Assembly (NCBI GenBank): GCA_035084275.1
Contig: CM068751.1
Coordinates: forward strand, 3,472,001 to 3,536,000
Length of the DNA stretch: 64,000 bases
Reading direction: 5' to 3'
Source of the DNA: Hydrolagus colliei
Lineage: Eukaryota
Within the stretch, counting starts at the first letter, position 1. Every line of letters starts with the position of its first letter. Shown here in pieces: positions 24,790 through 37,249 of this stretch. The notes beneath the pieces are model-generated. The model had not been told where the DNA came from. It was given only the letters and a program-made list of their open reading frames with translations, and made no database searches. A program made the translations under genes and the position numbers.

Positions 24790-25113
24790 AGAGCTCCTGT
24801 AGCTCAGTGGTGAGAGCACTTGCCTTACAAGCGTGAGACTTGTGTTTGAATCCAGGCAGGTCAGGACAAAACCTTGGGCAAGTTTCCTTACTCCACACGC
24901 CTAATAATAATCCATCCAAACAAAACCACAATAATAAAAATTGGTCATTTTCAAACCACATCTTATTGTGGGACACTGCCGTGCGCAATTGGCTGCCATG
25001 TTTTGCCCACAAATATAGTGTCAATTCATTTTACAGTATATTCTAAGAAGCACTTTGAGACGTCAATAAGATGTGAAAAACGCTATATCAAATGCAAGGA
25101 TTATTATTATTAC
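24790..25113 (+). mobile_element. tRNA-derived Deu-like SINE, full length, one-unit head
   Basis: GAGCTCCTGTAGCTCAGTGG head, core and (ATT)n tail. Confidence 0.93.
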
Positions 25114-25713
25114 TATAAAATTAATTGTGTTGTTGCATTTCAGGATTACAAAGAGCTAGCTAAAAACATACAGAATAGGTTGACTACAGAGATGTTTCTG
25201 TACACTCTTTGGCAGTCAAAGAGTTAAGAATATGTGCCAAGTGTCTAAGAGCAAAAAGGTTTGAAATGGCTAAGAAGGATATTAAATTTGACCTGTGAAA
25301 GCAAGTGTTATTAAACCGCCCCCTCTCTCCACCTCCAGAAATGAGATGCGCAGGTGTTAATGGGACAGATCACGTCAGACGATCAGCTACCTCTTCCAGT
25401 CCTTGTTGGAATAATGACATTGTTCAAAGTGTGACAAGTCCGCAGGCCAAAAGGGTGCAATGCGATGCACACCTGGCTCGAAGCACAGCTTATGCAAGCC
25501 AGAAACATTGATTGTGTGTGCAGGAACGGCTGTCGGATGCCTGATATATCACTAATTTGATTCAAAGCTTAGTCTTTGAACTTACTGAATTTACACACAA
25601 GCCAGCCATGGGATTCGAAGGTGAAAACAGAAGACAGCAATTATTCACCTGACTCTCAGTGATAAGAGATAGCACTGTGTGAAGCATTTTGTGTTTATTG
25701 AGCTGTTTTGCAG

Positions 25714-25717
<4 letters not shown>

Positions 25718-25752
<35 letters not shown>
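25718..25752 (+). repeat. (TG)n microsatellite
   Basis: Read directly from the sequence. Confidence 0.95.
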
Positions 25753-25754
<2 letters not shown>

Positions 25755-26452
25755 TGGGATGGAGAGGGGGGGTGCGGGACATACAAGTCTACAATCTGCT
25801 GAGACATACGGCAATCTTTTGCACACAACAAACCCTGAAATGGGATAGCATTGACAACTATAGAATAGGGATATTAAAGAATTAAATGAGCCTGAATGAA
25901 GTCATCAGACCAAAGCATTATGTTGAGCACATCTTATAAATTCAGACTTCTGGCAGCATGACATTTCATTCTGCTACATGTGTCTTATTGTGCAATGGAT
26001 TTTGTTTCTACCCTTTCAGTTTTGCCCTTTGCTCCAGCCTTGGCAACTTTTGCTCCCACTCACTGTCTATTCCAGAGCAGTCTCCACAGTTGTCCTATCC
26101 CCTTCTCGAGGTACAAATAAGCGTGTCCAGCTCACTCCCCCTTGGGATAAACCTCTCCTTACTCCCCTTTGCTATTTCTTCTCATTGCCCTCTCACAATC
26201 TCCTCTGCAAAATTGACTTCTCCCTTGAAAGCAAAAGAGCTCCCCATCCACAATGCTGAATGGCATCGAATACATAGACGCAAACAGGCTGTTTGACTTC
26301 ATTTGGGAATAGGTTTAAATTTTCAACCAAAATCATGTTTGAATTTTTTTTCCCCCCCGATTTTAAACAGTAATAGGTAAGTGAAACAGCCCCCACCCTC
26401 CACCCACAACAAACAAAAGCAACTGTTGTGATTGAATATTTTGGGAAGGGGT

Positions 26453-26470
26453 GGGGGGGGGGGGGGGGGG
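26453..26470 (+). repeat. Poly-G run
   Basis: About 18 consecutive G. Confidence 0.9.
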
Positions 26471-26978
26471 AGGATATGTACCTGTTTAGGAGCTGGAGGT
26501 TGTAGTGTTCGGTAAGAAATGAGATAAGGAAAAGATTCAAGAACAAAACATGATTCCGACACGGAGAGAGGATATGTCTATGGCAGGCGGGATGCAGGCC
26601 ATGGTTTAATGGAACATCTAGGAGGGATCGTGGAGCAGAACCTCCCCAAGTATTGAATGGTGACTATCACAAGATAGGTATCCATAATTGGACACTATGA
26701 TAGGGTAGGTCACGCATTGTCTGTAAAACGATTGGGCTTTGGTTGGCTGAATGTTGTTTTTTTCCCTTTCTTTCTTATACTGTACATATGCTCTGGCTAA
26801 TATATTTGCACAACAATGGGATCAGCACAATAGAGAGTAGGTTTATTTGATCTAAAAAAAATGAGCAAAATAATGTTCCTGCAATACATACTCAGGTTTA
26901 AATTGAGAACTTTGATAATGATGATTAGAACATTGAGTGCAAACAAATGTTATCATGAATGTGATACAAGAAAACCGC

Positions 26979-27095
26979 TAATAATCCATGCATTTGATAT
27001 GACTCCTTACCACATCTTCGAGATATCTCAAAGCACTTCACAGAAGTACTTCAATACTGTGAAGTGAATTGACTGTATATTCTGTGGCCAAAATA
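26979..27095 (-). mobile_element. SINE 3' fragment
   Basis: TAATAATCCATGCATTTGATAT...GTGAATTGACTGTATAT. Confidence 0.8.
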
Positions 27096-27656
27096 CTAAC
27101 CAGCAGCATGCTGTCAGAATTATGGCCTGTTCATTGACCAGACAACTGAACTGCTGTTAAGTGCGGTCTTGTACTGCTGAACAATATCTATTTAGGCGGC
27201 CAGGCAGAGAGATGAGTGGCAAAGGAGCCAGGGGAAAAAAAACGGGCTTTTTGTTCTCACTCATCTGCTCTTTCTTCAGAGAGATCACCACAAGCACAGT
27301 CAGTCCGGCAGCTACCTTTGTGGCCGTGAAGCTTCTTGGCTGAGTGTTGGCTAAAAATCAATCTTATGAAAAAATTTATTTAAAAAAAAAGTGTACTCTT
27401 AACTCAAATGGAAAATTAATTGAAATTTGGCTTCATTTAGGCAAAGTTTGAAAATCTTTCTTGCTGAAAAGAAAAAATATTGCTGTTTCAACATCCAAAT
27501 AGCTTGTGATATATTAGCCTATAATTACAGTTGAACAACATTAACAAATGTGTATTCATAGATCATTTTCTGAGCTTAGCTTTTAATCTATGTGCTCTCT
27601 GATTACATTAGAGCACAAAGTACAACAGATCATTCTAAACCATTAAATAATAGGTT

Positions 27657-27930
27657 AGCCTGGCTCAGTTGGTAACAATCATGGCTCTGGGTCAGAAGCC
27701 CTACTTTAGGACTTTGAGCTCATGGGTGAGGCAGACAAACAGTTTAGTGCAGTGATACAAGAGCTAGGCATTGTTAGAGATGCCATGCTTTCAATTAAAT
27801 GTTAAATCAAGATTCTATCTGTTAGTTCAAGTGAGTTTTAAAAATTCTATGACATTACTCAAAAACAGAACCATTCCTCCCCATTATCCTAGCCAACAGT
27901 CCTCCAGATAAATTGATCATGGCTGTGAGC
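27657..27930 (+). mobile_element. Older DeuSINE (SacSINE1-like) remnant
   Basis: GGCTCAGTTGGTAAC..TCTGGGTCAGAAG..GGACTTTGAGCTCA, homologous to the 52168 copy. Confidence 0.6.
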
Positions 27931-27979
27931 CTACACTTCACAGGTACGATTACCACGACGACGACAACAACTTGCATGT

Positions 27980-28075
27980 AAAATATACAGTCGATTCACG
28001 AATATTCTGTGGAGCGCTTTGAGACGTCTCGAAGACGTGGTAAGGCACTAAATCCAATGCAAGGGTTATTATTAT
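27980..28075 (+). mobile_element. SINE 3' fragment
   Basis: AATATACAGTC...GCGCTTTGAGACGTCTCGAAGACGTG...AATGCAAGGGTTATTATTA. Confidence 0.8.
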
Positions 28076-28696
28076 ATACTGCCCGTCACAAAGGATGACA
28101 ATAGTGAAGCGCTTCACAACATTTCATAATCATAGTCCAATATGCACATGTTCCCTCCCTGTCCTCCATCTTTCCTGATCCCAACCCTCAGCTTGGGTCC
28201 AAATCCTTGTCTGTTCCATCACCTTAGGACATCAACCTGGCATGAAAGGCACTGTGGCACTGTACAAGTGTAGTTTGTTGTTGTTGTTAGCAACACAGAG
28301 CCTTTCAACCACTACAAGAAAACCTGTGTTGCTTAACTATGTCATTCAACCTTTGAATGCTGCCATACTGAAGAAAAATGTCAAATCAATTTGATTTGAA
28401 CTGAAATAGTCATTTGACCTCCATTGCAATGTTTTATTTTATTCTGTGTTATGTTCTATGTATTGCCTGGTCTTTATGTGACAGGTTCAATTTTCATAAG
28501 ATAAAACGTTGATGCAGGAAAAAGTTCAATTCATTGACTCAGAATATCGTAACAATTGCTTTTATTCTCTTCACAGAAAGAAAATAGTTGAGGTAAACAG
28601 CACCAGTCCCTTTTTACATTCTTCTGCTTAGCAACTATGAGAAGCTCTTCTCAATCTCAGCACTGGAGGATCAATGCATTTCTGTACACAAACAAC

Positions 28697-28989
28697 AATA
28701 ATATAATAATAGTTCTTGCATTTATGTCTTCTAGACGTAGCGCTTCACAGAATATACTGTAAATATACTGTATTTTTTCTGGGCAAAATGCGGCAGTCAG
28801 TTGTGCATAGTTGTATCCCACAAATTGTCATCAATTGAATTGCCCAAATTATTAGTGTGTTTTTTTTCCTGAGGGATTATTATTAGGCGTGTGGAGTAAG
28901 AAAACTCGCCCAAGGTTTCGCCCTGTGGGAATCGAACCCAGGTCTCTCACTTATGAGGCGAGTGCTCTAATCACTGATCTACAGGAGTC
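28697..28989 (-). mobile_element. tRNA-derived Deu-like SINE
   Basis: Reverse-strand tail, core and head (GGAATCGAACCCAGGTCTCTC...CTACAGGAG). Confidence 0.88.
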
Positions 28990-29359
28990 AAACAAACCTA
29001 CCAAATCCCTTGTAAACTTCAGATTTGGGCATTTCATTGCAATTCACAAATGCAGTTCTTTTCAAGGTCAAAATCTCTTAGTGCTGAACACGAGTCCAAA
29101 ATCAAGAGGCACAGATCTCTCCGCTCTCTCGCACACAACCAGCTTCAAGCATCCAAAACCAGGGCTTTACATTTCACATCATTAAATGATCATCCAAGAT
29201 CTCCATGGAAACCACAAGAACATTTCCTCGAAAAATAAGCTGAAAATCATGACCCAAAGCAGAATTACAAGTGCAAATTAAATGAACAGCATAATTGATA
29301 AGGATGAGGCAAAAGCCTGCTTATTGCGTTTGTGAGTGAACTGACATAACTGGCACGGT

Positions 29360-29640
29360 GATGTAGATGTAAGCAGGCTATTTGATTTAAACCGTCAGAG
29401 AGAAACTAGAGGGCATAGGTTTGAAATTAAAAAGCGTCAAGCAGGACTAGAGATTAGAATTTGTTTTGCCCTTCAGAATAGTGGAGATGTGCAATACAGA
29501 GCCAACAAAAGTACTTCATGGCCCGTCAATTAACTCCTTCAAAAAAAAAATCATTAAATATCAGCTTGAGAACAGTGTTACAGAACATAGCATTAACTAC
29601 AGACTGAAATGAACAAATAGGCCCCTGGACACAATGATTT
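29360..29640 (+). mobile_element. Old CR1 3' fragment
   Basis: Reads RLFDLNRQRETRGHRFEIKKRQAGLEIR (TRGH motif). Confidence 0.7.
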
Positions 29641-29704
29641 GTGGGGCTGTCAGAGGGAGTAGATAGAGAGGGAAATCTTGCTGTGAAGGCTAGGCTAATG
29701 TTGA

Positions 29705-30048
29705 GGTGGTAATGCGGTGACAGATGACCTGCTGATCTCCTATCAACCTGTCGTTCCCTCCTCTCAGCAGGCTCCAGCCTGGTCCATGTCTCCCAGAGGA
29801 CCCATCCCAAAGCCAGGCTTTTAGTCTCTCTGCCCCCACCCACTGGAACTCCATCCCACATTCCCTTCGCCTTACTCTCTCCCTTGCCCCCTTCAAGGCA
29901 TGACTCAAGACTCCTTTTTGACCATGCCTTCAACCGCCCTCCTATCTCCTTGCCCTTCCTCACCTCAACTCTGCATTCCTATGTTCGGGTCCTGATTCCC
30001 AACTCTTCAGTGCCTTGGGCACAACAATGTAACTTTGTTGTTGTTGTT
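29705..30048 (+). mobile_element. L2 3' fragment
   Basis: GCTTTTAGTCTCTCTGCCCCCACCCACTGGAACTCCATCCC..CTCAAGAC with a (TTG)n tail. Confidence 0.85.
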
Positions 30049-30939
30049 CAGCATTCTTAGACATGAAATAATATGCTCGCAATAGTCCCCAACCACCCAC
30101 TGATTGCCGGTGATCTATAGCCAGTATGTGGACTCAACACAGTGAACTCTCCATAATCCGTACATAATCTATTGAGATGGGCATCAAGCGATTTCAATTG
30201 AAAGCCACAAGTAGCAGAGAATACAAGTGTGCTTTTTCATCCACCTCCCCTTTGCCGAAAAAATCTCCACAGAACTGAACAAGACATTCAAAAGAACACT
30301 TGTGGATCGTGAAGCAATGTATATTTTAGCAATTCCATTAAACTTGTGACAAATGGGCCCCTTTCATTAAAAACCCAACCATAAAAATGAATAATTACTG
30401 ATATTACAACCAAATTACCTTCAATGAGAACTAAATGATGCCATTAGAACAGTTAAAGCAAAAGTAAATGACTAAAGAACACAGATTGCTGCTGGAGATA
30501 AGAACACGAAGGTATGTTCGCTTTTGATCATTGACTGTCCCCTAAGGCTGAAGCGTGTTATACTGGGATATGTAATTTTCAGACATACTGAGGAAGATTA
30601 TGCAGGTGTTGTTTTATCTTGGTTGGGAACATTAATGAGTACACATGCAGAGAAGCAGTGATGTAAGAGTAGCTCCCTCCATCGGAGGCTACAGGAAGTG
30701 ATTGTACCTGCAGTCAAATTGCCTAAAAACATTTTGTATTTTGCAAAGCGATTGGAAATACCTTTGTAAAATTAGTTAATTTGACAAAATGTTACTGTGA
30801 TGGTTACTTTCACCCAAACAATATCTAGCAAAGATTAATAAAAATATATATGCTGTAAATATAATGGGAATGCTGAATACTATTATACAGTACATGGATT
30901 TCTATCTCCAATCTCTTTACCTGCTTTCCTGAAAGCATT

Positions 30940-31100
30940 GGCCTGTGCTGGGGGTATAGCTGCACAAGAGGTAACCATCATCATATCACTTGCCCAAATG
31001 GCTATTCTTTGTGTGTCAGCAGCTAAGACAATCGGACGGTTATCTGACCATCAGTTAAATCCAATCCCAATTTTGCCTGTTCTCCACACACAGCGTATGG
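30940..31100 (-). mobile_element. Ancient SINE fragment, AmnSINE2-like 3' part
   Basis: Reverse strand reads TGTGTGTGGA...GGATTGG...ACACACAAAGAATAGCCATTTGGGCAAG. Recalled consensus. Confidence 0.45.
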
Positions 31101-32009
31101 TGCTAGAGTGAAACCTTGTCATCAAAATTGCAGCTGTTTGGAAATTTACTGAGCACATCTGTTGTTAACAGGTGAAAGTAACCATCCCTTGGCCACAACA
31201 ACAACAACTTTGGTTTATATCGCGCCCTCCACACCGGGCGGAGTCTCAAAGCGCTTAACTGACTTGGCCATAGCACAAGTCAGAAACACTTTTATTTTCA
31301 ATCATGGCACCGGCCCTGATATCAGATGTACACGCCATGAGAGCTGTACATTGCAAATGTCAGCATTGAGTGGAACTCACATTGGGGCACAGACTTCCCG
31401 AGGTGTGGAGGGGAATTGAATCTAACTGATAGGCTGTTGCACCACAGAATCTGCAAATTCATGGACTTTGGCCAACATCAACTAACGGCAGCTGTCTCTG
31501 GCCCATCTGTGTTGGCTCTGTTCAAAGAGCAATCTTTCAGTCCCATTTAGTTGGCCTTTCCTCAAAGTGGTTGGTTCCAGTGATCCTGTGAAATGCCAGG
31601 GCAAAAATGAACTTCAGCTCCCAACAGGGTAGAACTTTGTTGTAGAGGCTTTTATTGCTTATTTTATAATAAAAAAATAATGAAGATGAAGAGCAAAGGC
31701 ACCAGTGCTGATCATCCATTTATTACACCGTATATCAGACAATTGCACACAGGATTTCTTAATAAAGACTACAGATTGCACATGGGGATTTCTGATGCTA
31801 ACAGGGTGTCAGATAGACTTGCAATTGCCCTCCCACAAGATCAACTTTTAGAGTAATGTTTTTGTGTGCACCCGTATTTAGTCTTTTGAAAGTGATGTAC
31901 TTTTGGTTACCAGAAGGAGTTTTCATTTGTGACTTGGAGTCCTATTAAAACAAGCTTTAACATATTAAAACAAAGATCATCATCTATGCAATCCATAGTT
32001 CTATGTTAC

Positions 32010-32100
32010 AGGGGTTTCAGGAAAGGCCAAGTAAATGGGACTGAAAGATTGCTCTTTGAACAGTGCCAACGCAGACATGATGGGCCAAATGGTTTCTCTT
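32010..32100 (+). mobile_element. CR1 3'UTR fragment (inverted partner at 31499-31566)
   Basis: ATTGCTCTTTGAACAGTGCCAACGCAGACATGATGGGCCAAATGG resembles the UTR at 23983-24030. Confidence 0.75.
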
Positions 32101-32279
32101 TGATCTATGATGGGTGCATCTGCAATAATCTGGTAGATGCAGTGTTTGCAGACATGACTCTAAACCATAGTCCTGAATCCAGGATGATTATCCTCCCAGG
32201 ATGGAACATCCTCCCAACGTGAAAGGCACTCTATGAATGTAATTTTGTTGCTTTTGTTATACCTAGTTATACCTATGTC

Positions 32280-32385
32280 GGGGTATTAAGGGATATGGGG
32301 AGAAAGTGGGAAATTGGAATTGAGAGGATTAGTTGAAGTACAGATGATCTAATTAAATGGCGGAACAGGCTCAAAAGGCTGTTCC
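32280..32385 (+). mobile_element. CR1 3'UTR fragment, second subfamily
   Basis: AAGGGATATGGGGAGAAAGTGGGAAA..ATGATCTAATTAAATGGCGGAACAGGCTC. Confidence 0.65.
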
Positions 32386-32819
32386 TATGAAAGGTGCTAT
32401 ATAAACACAATTTGTTGTTATCTGAAGATAACAATGCTCTGTTTGGTGATTCTGCAGTTGGTGTAGCTATATTATAGTTTCATTAGGCTGAATTGTTGCC
32501 CTTGCTCTAACCATTCAATGACAACTACAACAACAACAACAAAACAGCAAAATTACATTGATAGAGTGCCTTTCACGTCAGGACTTCCCAACGCAAGCAA
32601 AAGCCCTTTAATGAAGAACGAATACCTATATTTAATTCAACGCACAATGCAGTCACTGCTCAGTAATCCACATTTTCATAAACGTAATTCTCTCCAAACA
32701 GTAATTACGGTGTAAAATTATGGTAACTATGTCCGTGGCACTTTTTTTTCAATTATTTGTTGCAAGCTTCCCAAGTGTGCATTTAGTATATTATAAGCCA
32801 TGTACAAATTGATACTTAC

Positions 32820-32990
32820 TTTAGCATTTCTTCAGGGGTCATTAATTTTCTTCCTAAGCTCCTTGGGAGTGATGTGCATCTCAAACACAGCATTAACCCA
32901 GTCAGACAGGTACACATGTTGCCTTGATCCTGTCTCCTGTACACCCTGCATCTCACTGCCCCATGAGTTGGAGATCTGATGCTCCATAAC
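32820..32990 (-). pseudogene. Probable fossil Myb/SANT-like DNA-binding-domain exon (PIF/Harbinger ORF1 type)
   Basis: Reverse strand reads LSDWVNAVFEMHITPKELRKKINDP*RNAK, immediately followed by GTAAGT (32819-32814). Confidence 0.5.
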
Positions 32991-35900
32991 CAAACTAATC
33001 CCATTAACCAGTTATGAAGCTATAGAGATTTGTTGACACGTTGAAATCACAAACCTGATTGCAGCTCATTGTTCCACTTTGCCGAGTGGTGATTTCCCAT
33101 CTGAATACCTCACGGGCACATTGATAGAGCTGTCATTTTAATAAAGTAAGCAATGTTGCTCATATGATTTTTCAATAAACACAATCCAATATTTCCAAAC
33201 AAGGCATGCTCTGGGACTCTGAAATAAACACTGAATAATAATAGCAGCAAGAAATGAAATGCAAACGCACAGCCTCACTTGATCTTTAATTAAAGTGATG
33301 TTTGTTTTTTATCTGTTGAATTTTAGCTCAACTTCATCAACTAAGAAAATCGACAAGCCAATGATTGCTGAGTAATGAATTACTAACTAGATTACTACAT
33401 TAGTAGTTTAGAAAGGGTCCTTTTGTTATATATGTAGTTGGGGTGTATGTTGATAACATTTGTTAATTTCTAAACTGAATTATCACAGGGTGTGTTTTTC
33501 TCTTGGTCATTTTTAAGTTTTCTCAGCCTTCCTGTCGGCTCAGTTATGAATGGACTTCGTGCTATAGTTACCATTTTGTACCAAAATGAGGCAGTCGAGT
33601 GAGATAATATCAGTCGGGACATTAATTGGGAGTATTACAGAGGACAACGACATTCCGAGATAATTCAATGTGGTCAATGTGGGGAAATGTGGTCACTTAA
33701 GTGTGGTCAGCATCTGGTAACTCTCTCAGGTGAGCAGGTTCATTTATGATGGGAGAAGGGGGGAGGTAGAGGGAGGAAAAAAACAACAAAGAGGAACAGT
33801 CTCTTAGGAAGACCCAAGCATTCTACCAAAAAAAAATGAACGGTAATTCGTTTTTGGGCAGAAATGTCTCCTTTGGTTTACATTATTTTCCATGGGCAAC
33901 AGTTAATCTTACTGCAATTATATGGACATCTTCCAAAAGTGCTTCTGATTGTCCAATGGTTAATACAGTATTTTTTTTATAGTGACTTTTACTCTTGCCC
34001 CTTCACTAGATGTGCCTCAGGCGCACTGATTTTCCTCAATGTAACCTCACCCACCCTCCCCCACACTACTCCCCTGTCCATTAATTGAGCACAGGATATA
34101 ATTGAGGCCAGAGGGAGGGGTATCATTATGTACAATATACATATGTCCACAGAGTCATCTTCCCTGCTTTGACAGAGAAGGCAAATATCAAGGGTGATTG
34201 ACAATGCCGTTAACTGCAATGCTTTTTACCTCATTAGAGGAAACTCAGCTCTCTACTTAACACCCTGCCAATAGCCCTGAATGTGATAAATTTTAGCCAA
34301 ACAGATCCTTTGAACATGCCAGTGGATTTAGGGTCATTTAGCAGGTCTTGTGTGCTCTATTTAGGAAGGCCTGAGGCTTTCTTTGTTTCTCAAGCAATAT
34401 TCACCAGAGAAACAATCATATTTATCATATCAGAAAGCTGGAAAGAAATGATTCATTCCTAAATATACTGCGGGTGAATCCTCAATTGCTCTTTAAGAAG
34501 AAACCATGTGATACAAATCTCGGTACGGCTATGTACTGCAGGGTATAGATGAGGGATAAAGACAGCACATTTCAGCGGAAAATAGAAGTTGATCATCATT
34601 TAGCAACATAACAACCGCTGGGTTTATGTGGGGAATGCAAAACTGTCCAAATTAAATCAACAGTAGCATAACACATGATCTCTATCAAAATGTGTGTAGA
34701 GTTGGATTGGCACAAATCGCATCTTTACAGACGTAAAATAAATTACAGTAGTTTTGAAATTAATGTGTCACCTTATATACCATTTTCTACTTGGCCGTGC
34801 CATCTGAGTGGTATTGATGCCAGCAATCTTATATTTACAGCCCATTCTTCAGGCACCAGACAGCGCTGCAGCTCAAATTACCCCGCACCGATTTTATTTA
34901 TCATTTTTTCTCTCCCCCCCACCACCCAGTTAGAGTCAGCAAGTATCAGCCCAATGGAAACACAGTTCCATTCTACAAACAGACAAGGGACAGTGAGAGT
35001 CTGTGTGAGATAGGTTTATCATCATCGTTATCAGGGATCTTCTTTGTAAATATCAGAAAGCAATACGATGAACTCATATCCAATTGTTTGATTTGGTCAT
35101 TCTCACTTTACAAAATCTATACATATACATAGGGTGTGGGTTTACACAAGGGCAAATGGTTTGGACAACACTTTTTAGTGATAATTAGCACTGGAGAAAA
35201 GCAACCGTCATTCAGGGTGAATGTGTGAACATGCAATATTGCTCCTCTCCAAAGTCCCCGGGAAGCAAGGGCAGTTTTCTAAGTTACTGCTCTATCCCCG
35301 GTCCCCATTCCCTGGAAATTTCATAAGATTCTGAGAACATCTTTGATTGCTTGGTCTACCGTGCTTTATGCTCGGGATTTCCATAATCCTACCAGCGACA
35401 GACATTATTTTGCCCATTTTAATAAGTCTTTGTACAGCATTAGCATATATTATTCGTGAATGACAGGAACTCAATCATCTTTTTCATATGCTGGAAAGGC
35501 AGCATCAGCAGAGATAGTAATTATGAAGAAAGGGTAAAGCTGCAAATGCAGCTCCCTATTGCTGTACCGGCGGATTGGAAATAAGCCCTCACCAAGTGGG
35601 AAACATTTTGATATGTTGCAACGTTTACTTTGTGAACAACAACTTGCATTTATATACTGCCGCTCAGGCGTCCCTCTAGTGTCACACTGACCCTGTGTCT
35701 AATTCACGCAAGTGTGGAGAAAAAAATGCCGTCGTACCGTATCCTCAATGCATCATCTGGAGAGTATTAATTTCTGGCGCACAGCTAGAAGCTAAGACAG
35801 CCCAAAACGCTCACTACTTAGCACCATCTGTCACAAAGCTATTCATGTTTTTGCTGCAGGTGTCTATTCCCCAGGAGGTGAGGGTTGTGTATTTAAGCTG

Positions 35901-37249
35901 CTGAACTTCACCCTTTAACCCCCTGAGTGCCTGTCAATCATTCTTTTCCTCCTTCACTGAATTTTTTTAAAAAAGCTGATCTGGGGGAAAATGGCAAATA
36001 GATGGGAAGGTAGGGGAGGAAAGGTAAAGTATCGGATTTGGTATTATTCAATCGTATGAAAGGTTGCATTTTTCACTCTATTGCGAGGCATCTGCAGGGC
36101 CCTACATCCCCAAGTAGAATCGGCAGAGCTCAGTCATAACTATCGAGTATTTGGTCGATGTATATATACTATATACACTTTTGGCATTGCCCAAGGAAAC
36201 ATGTGAAAAATCTTTCTGTTATTGATCAACAGCACCTGGCAGATTTCTTCTCAAATCTTGCCACCTGGAAATGTCTGCATATCTCAGTCCATACTGATTC
36301 CCCAATTCTGTCCCTGACAGATACTTGTATTTGAAGGAACTGATCAACAAAGTTAATTGCGTTTGCTGGGACTTTATTCCACCTACGCACTGCCCTGGAT
36401 ATCATCTTGTTATCTCTGGGCTCACTTAATAGTTTCAAATCAAAACTCCATCCATCTAAAACACAAGCTACAACAACAGCAATTTGCACTTATACAGCGC
36501 CCTCCATACCGGGTAGCATCTCAGTCGCTTAAAGCTAGACAGATCCTTAACACTCCTTCCTGTCACAATTTGACTTTTCTCCTACATTTTCTATCTTGGT
36601 ATTGTCTTGCTGTACAGTCGACAACATTTGGAACTTCACCTAGAATTCTCAAAGAGCAAGTGTAATTGTTAATTTCTTTCATTGAGACTGATCCCAATCT
36701 AATTTCATGAAAAGAGACCAATGACATGATGGGAGTCCAGTTTATGTGTTAAATTGGAAGAAGAATTTACGAAGAATACAGCTGAAACTATTGTTTCTTT
36801 ATCATTATGTTTTCCACTTTAATTGAAGATTTATTCTGAACTGGACCAGGCTCAATGAAGTCATTATTATTATTATGCCTGTTCTGAAAGAGCCTCTTGA
36901 ACAGTATGCTTTATAGGATAATTATCTTGCAATGGATCACTATAATTGTACTGAGGCAAAAAACAAACACATTTTTATGAGTGTATGAGCCACATCATAT
37001 AATATTAATCCTGCTAACCAATAAGTCACATTCCTATCTCTGCTGGGAGTAAGTGAGAGTGATCAGTAGTGTAGCGCCATCACGAATAAAGCAATAACTT
37101 TGGACCTATGTATTCTGCAGCTCTTTAATATTGTGTGTAAAGAAATTATAATTTTAATGTAGCTTACAGTGTTCTGCACAAGTGCCAGTGGTACAAGCGT
37201 TACTGCACGAGTTGAAATTTGCTATGCCCATGGTTTAAATTTGATATTG

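Noticed and set aside
35819-35835. miR-29-like TAGCACCATCTG
   Set aside because: Only 12 nt match, the 3' part diverges, and I see no precursor hairpin.
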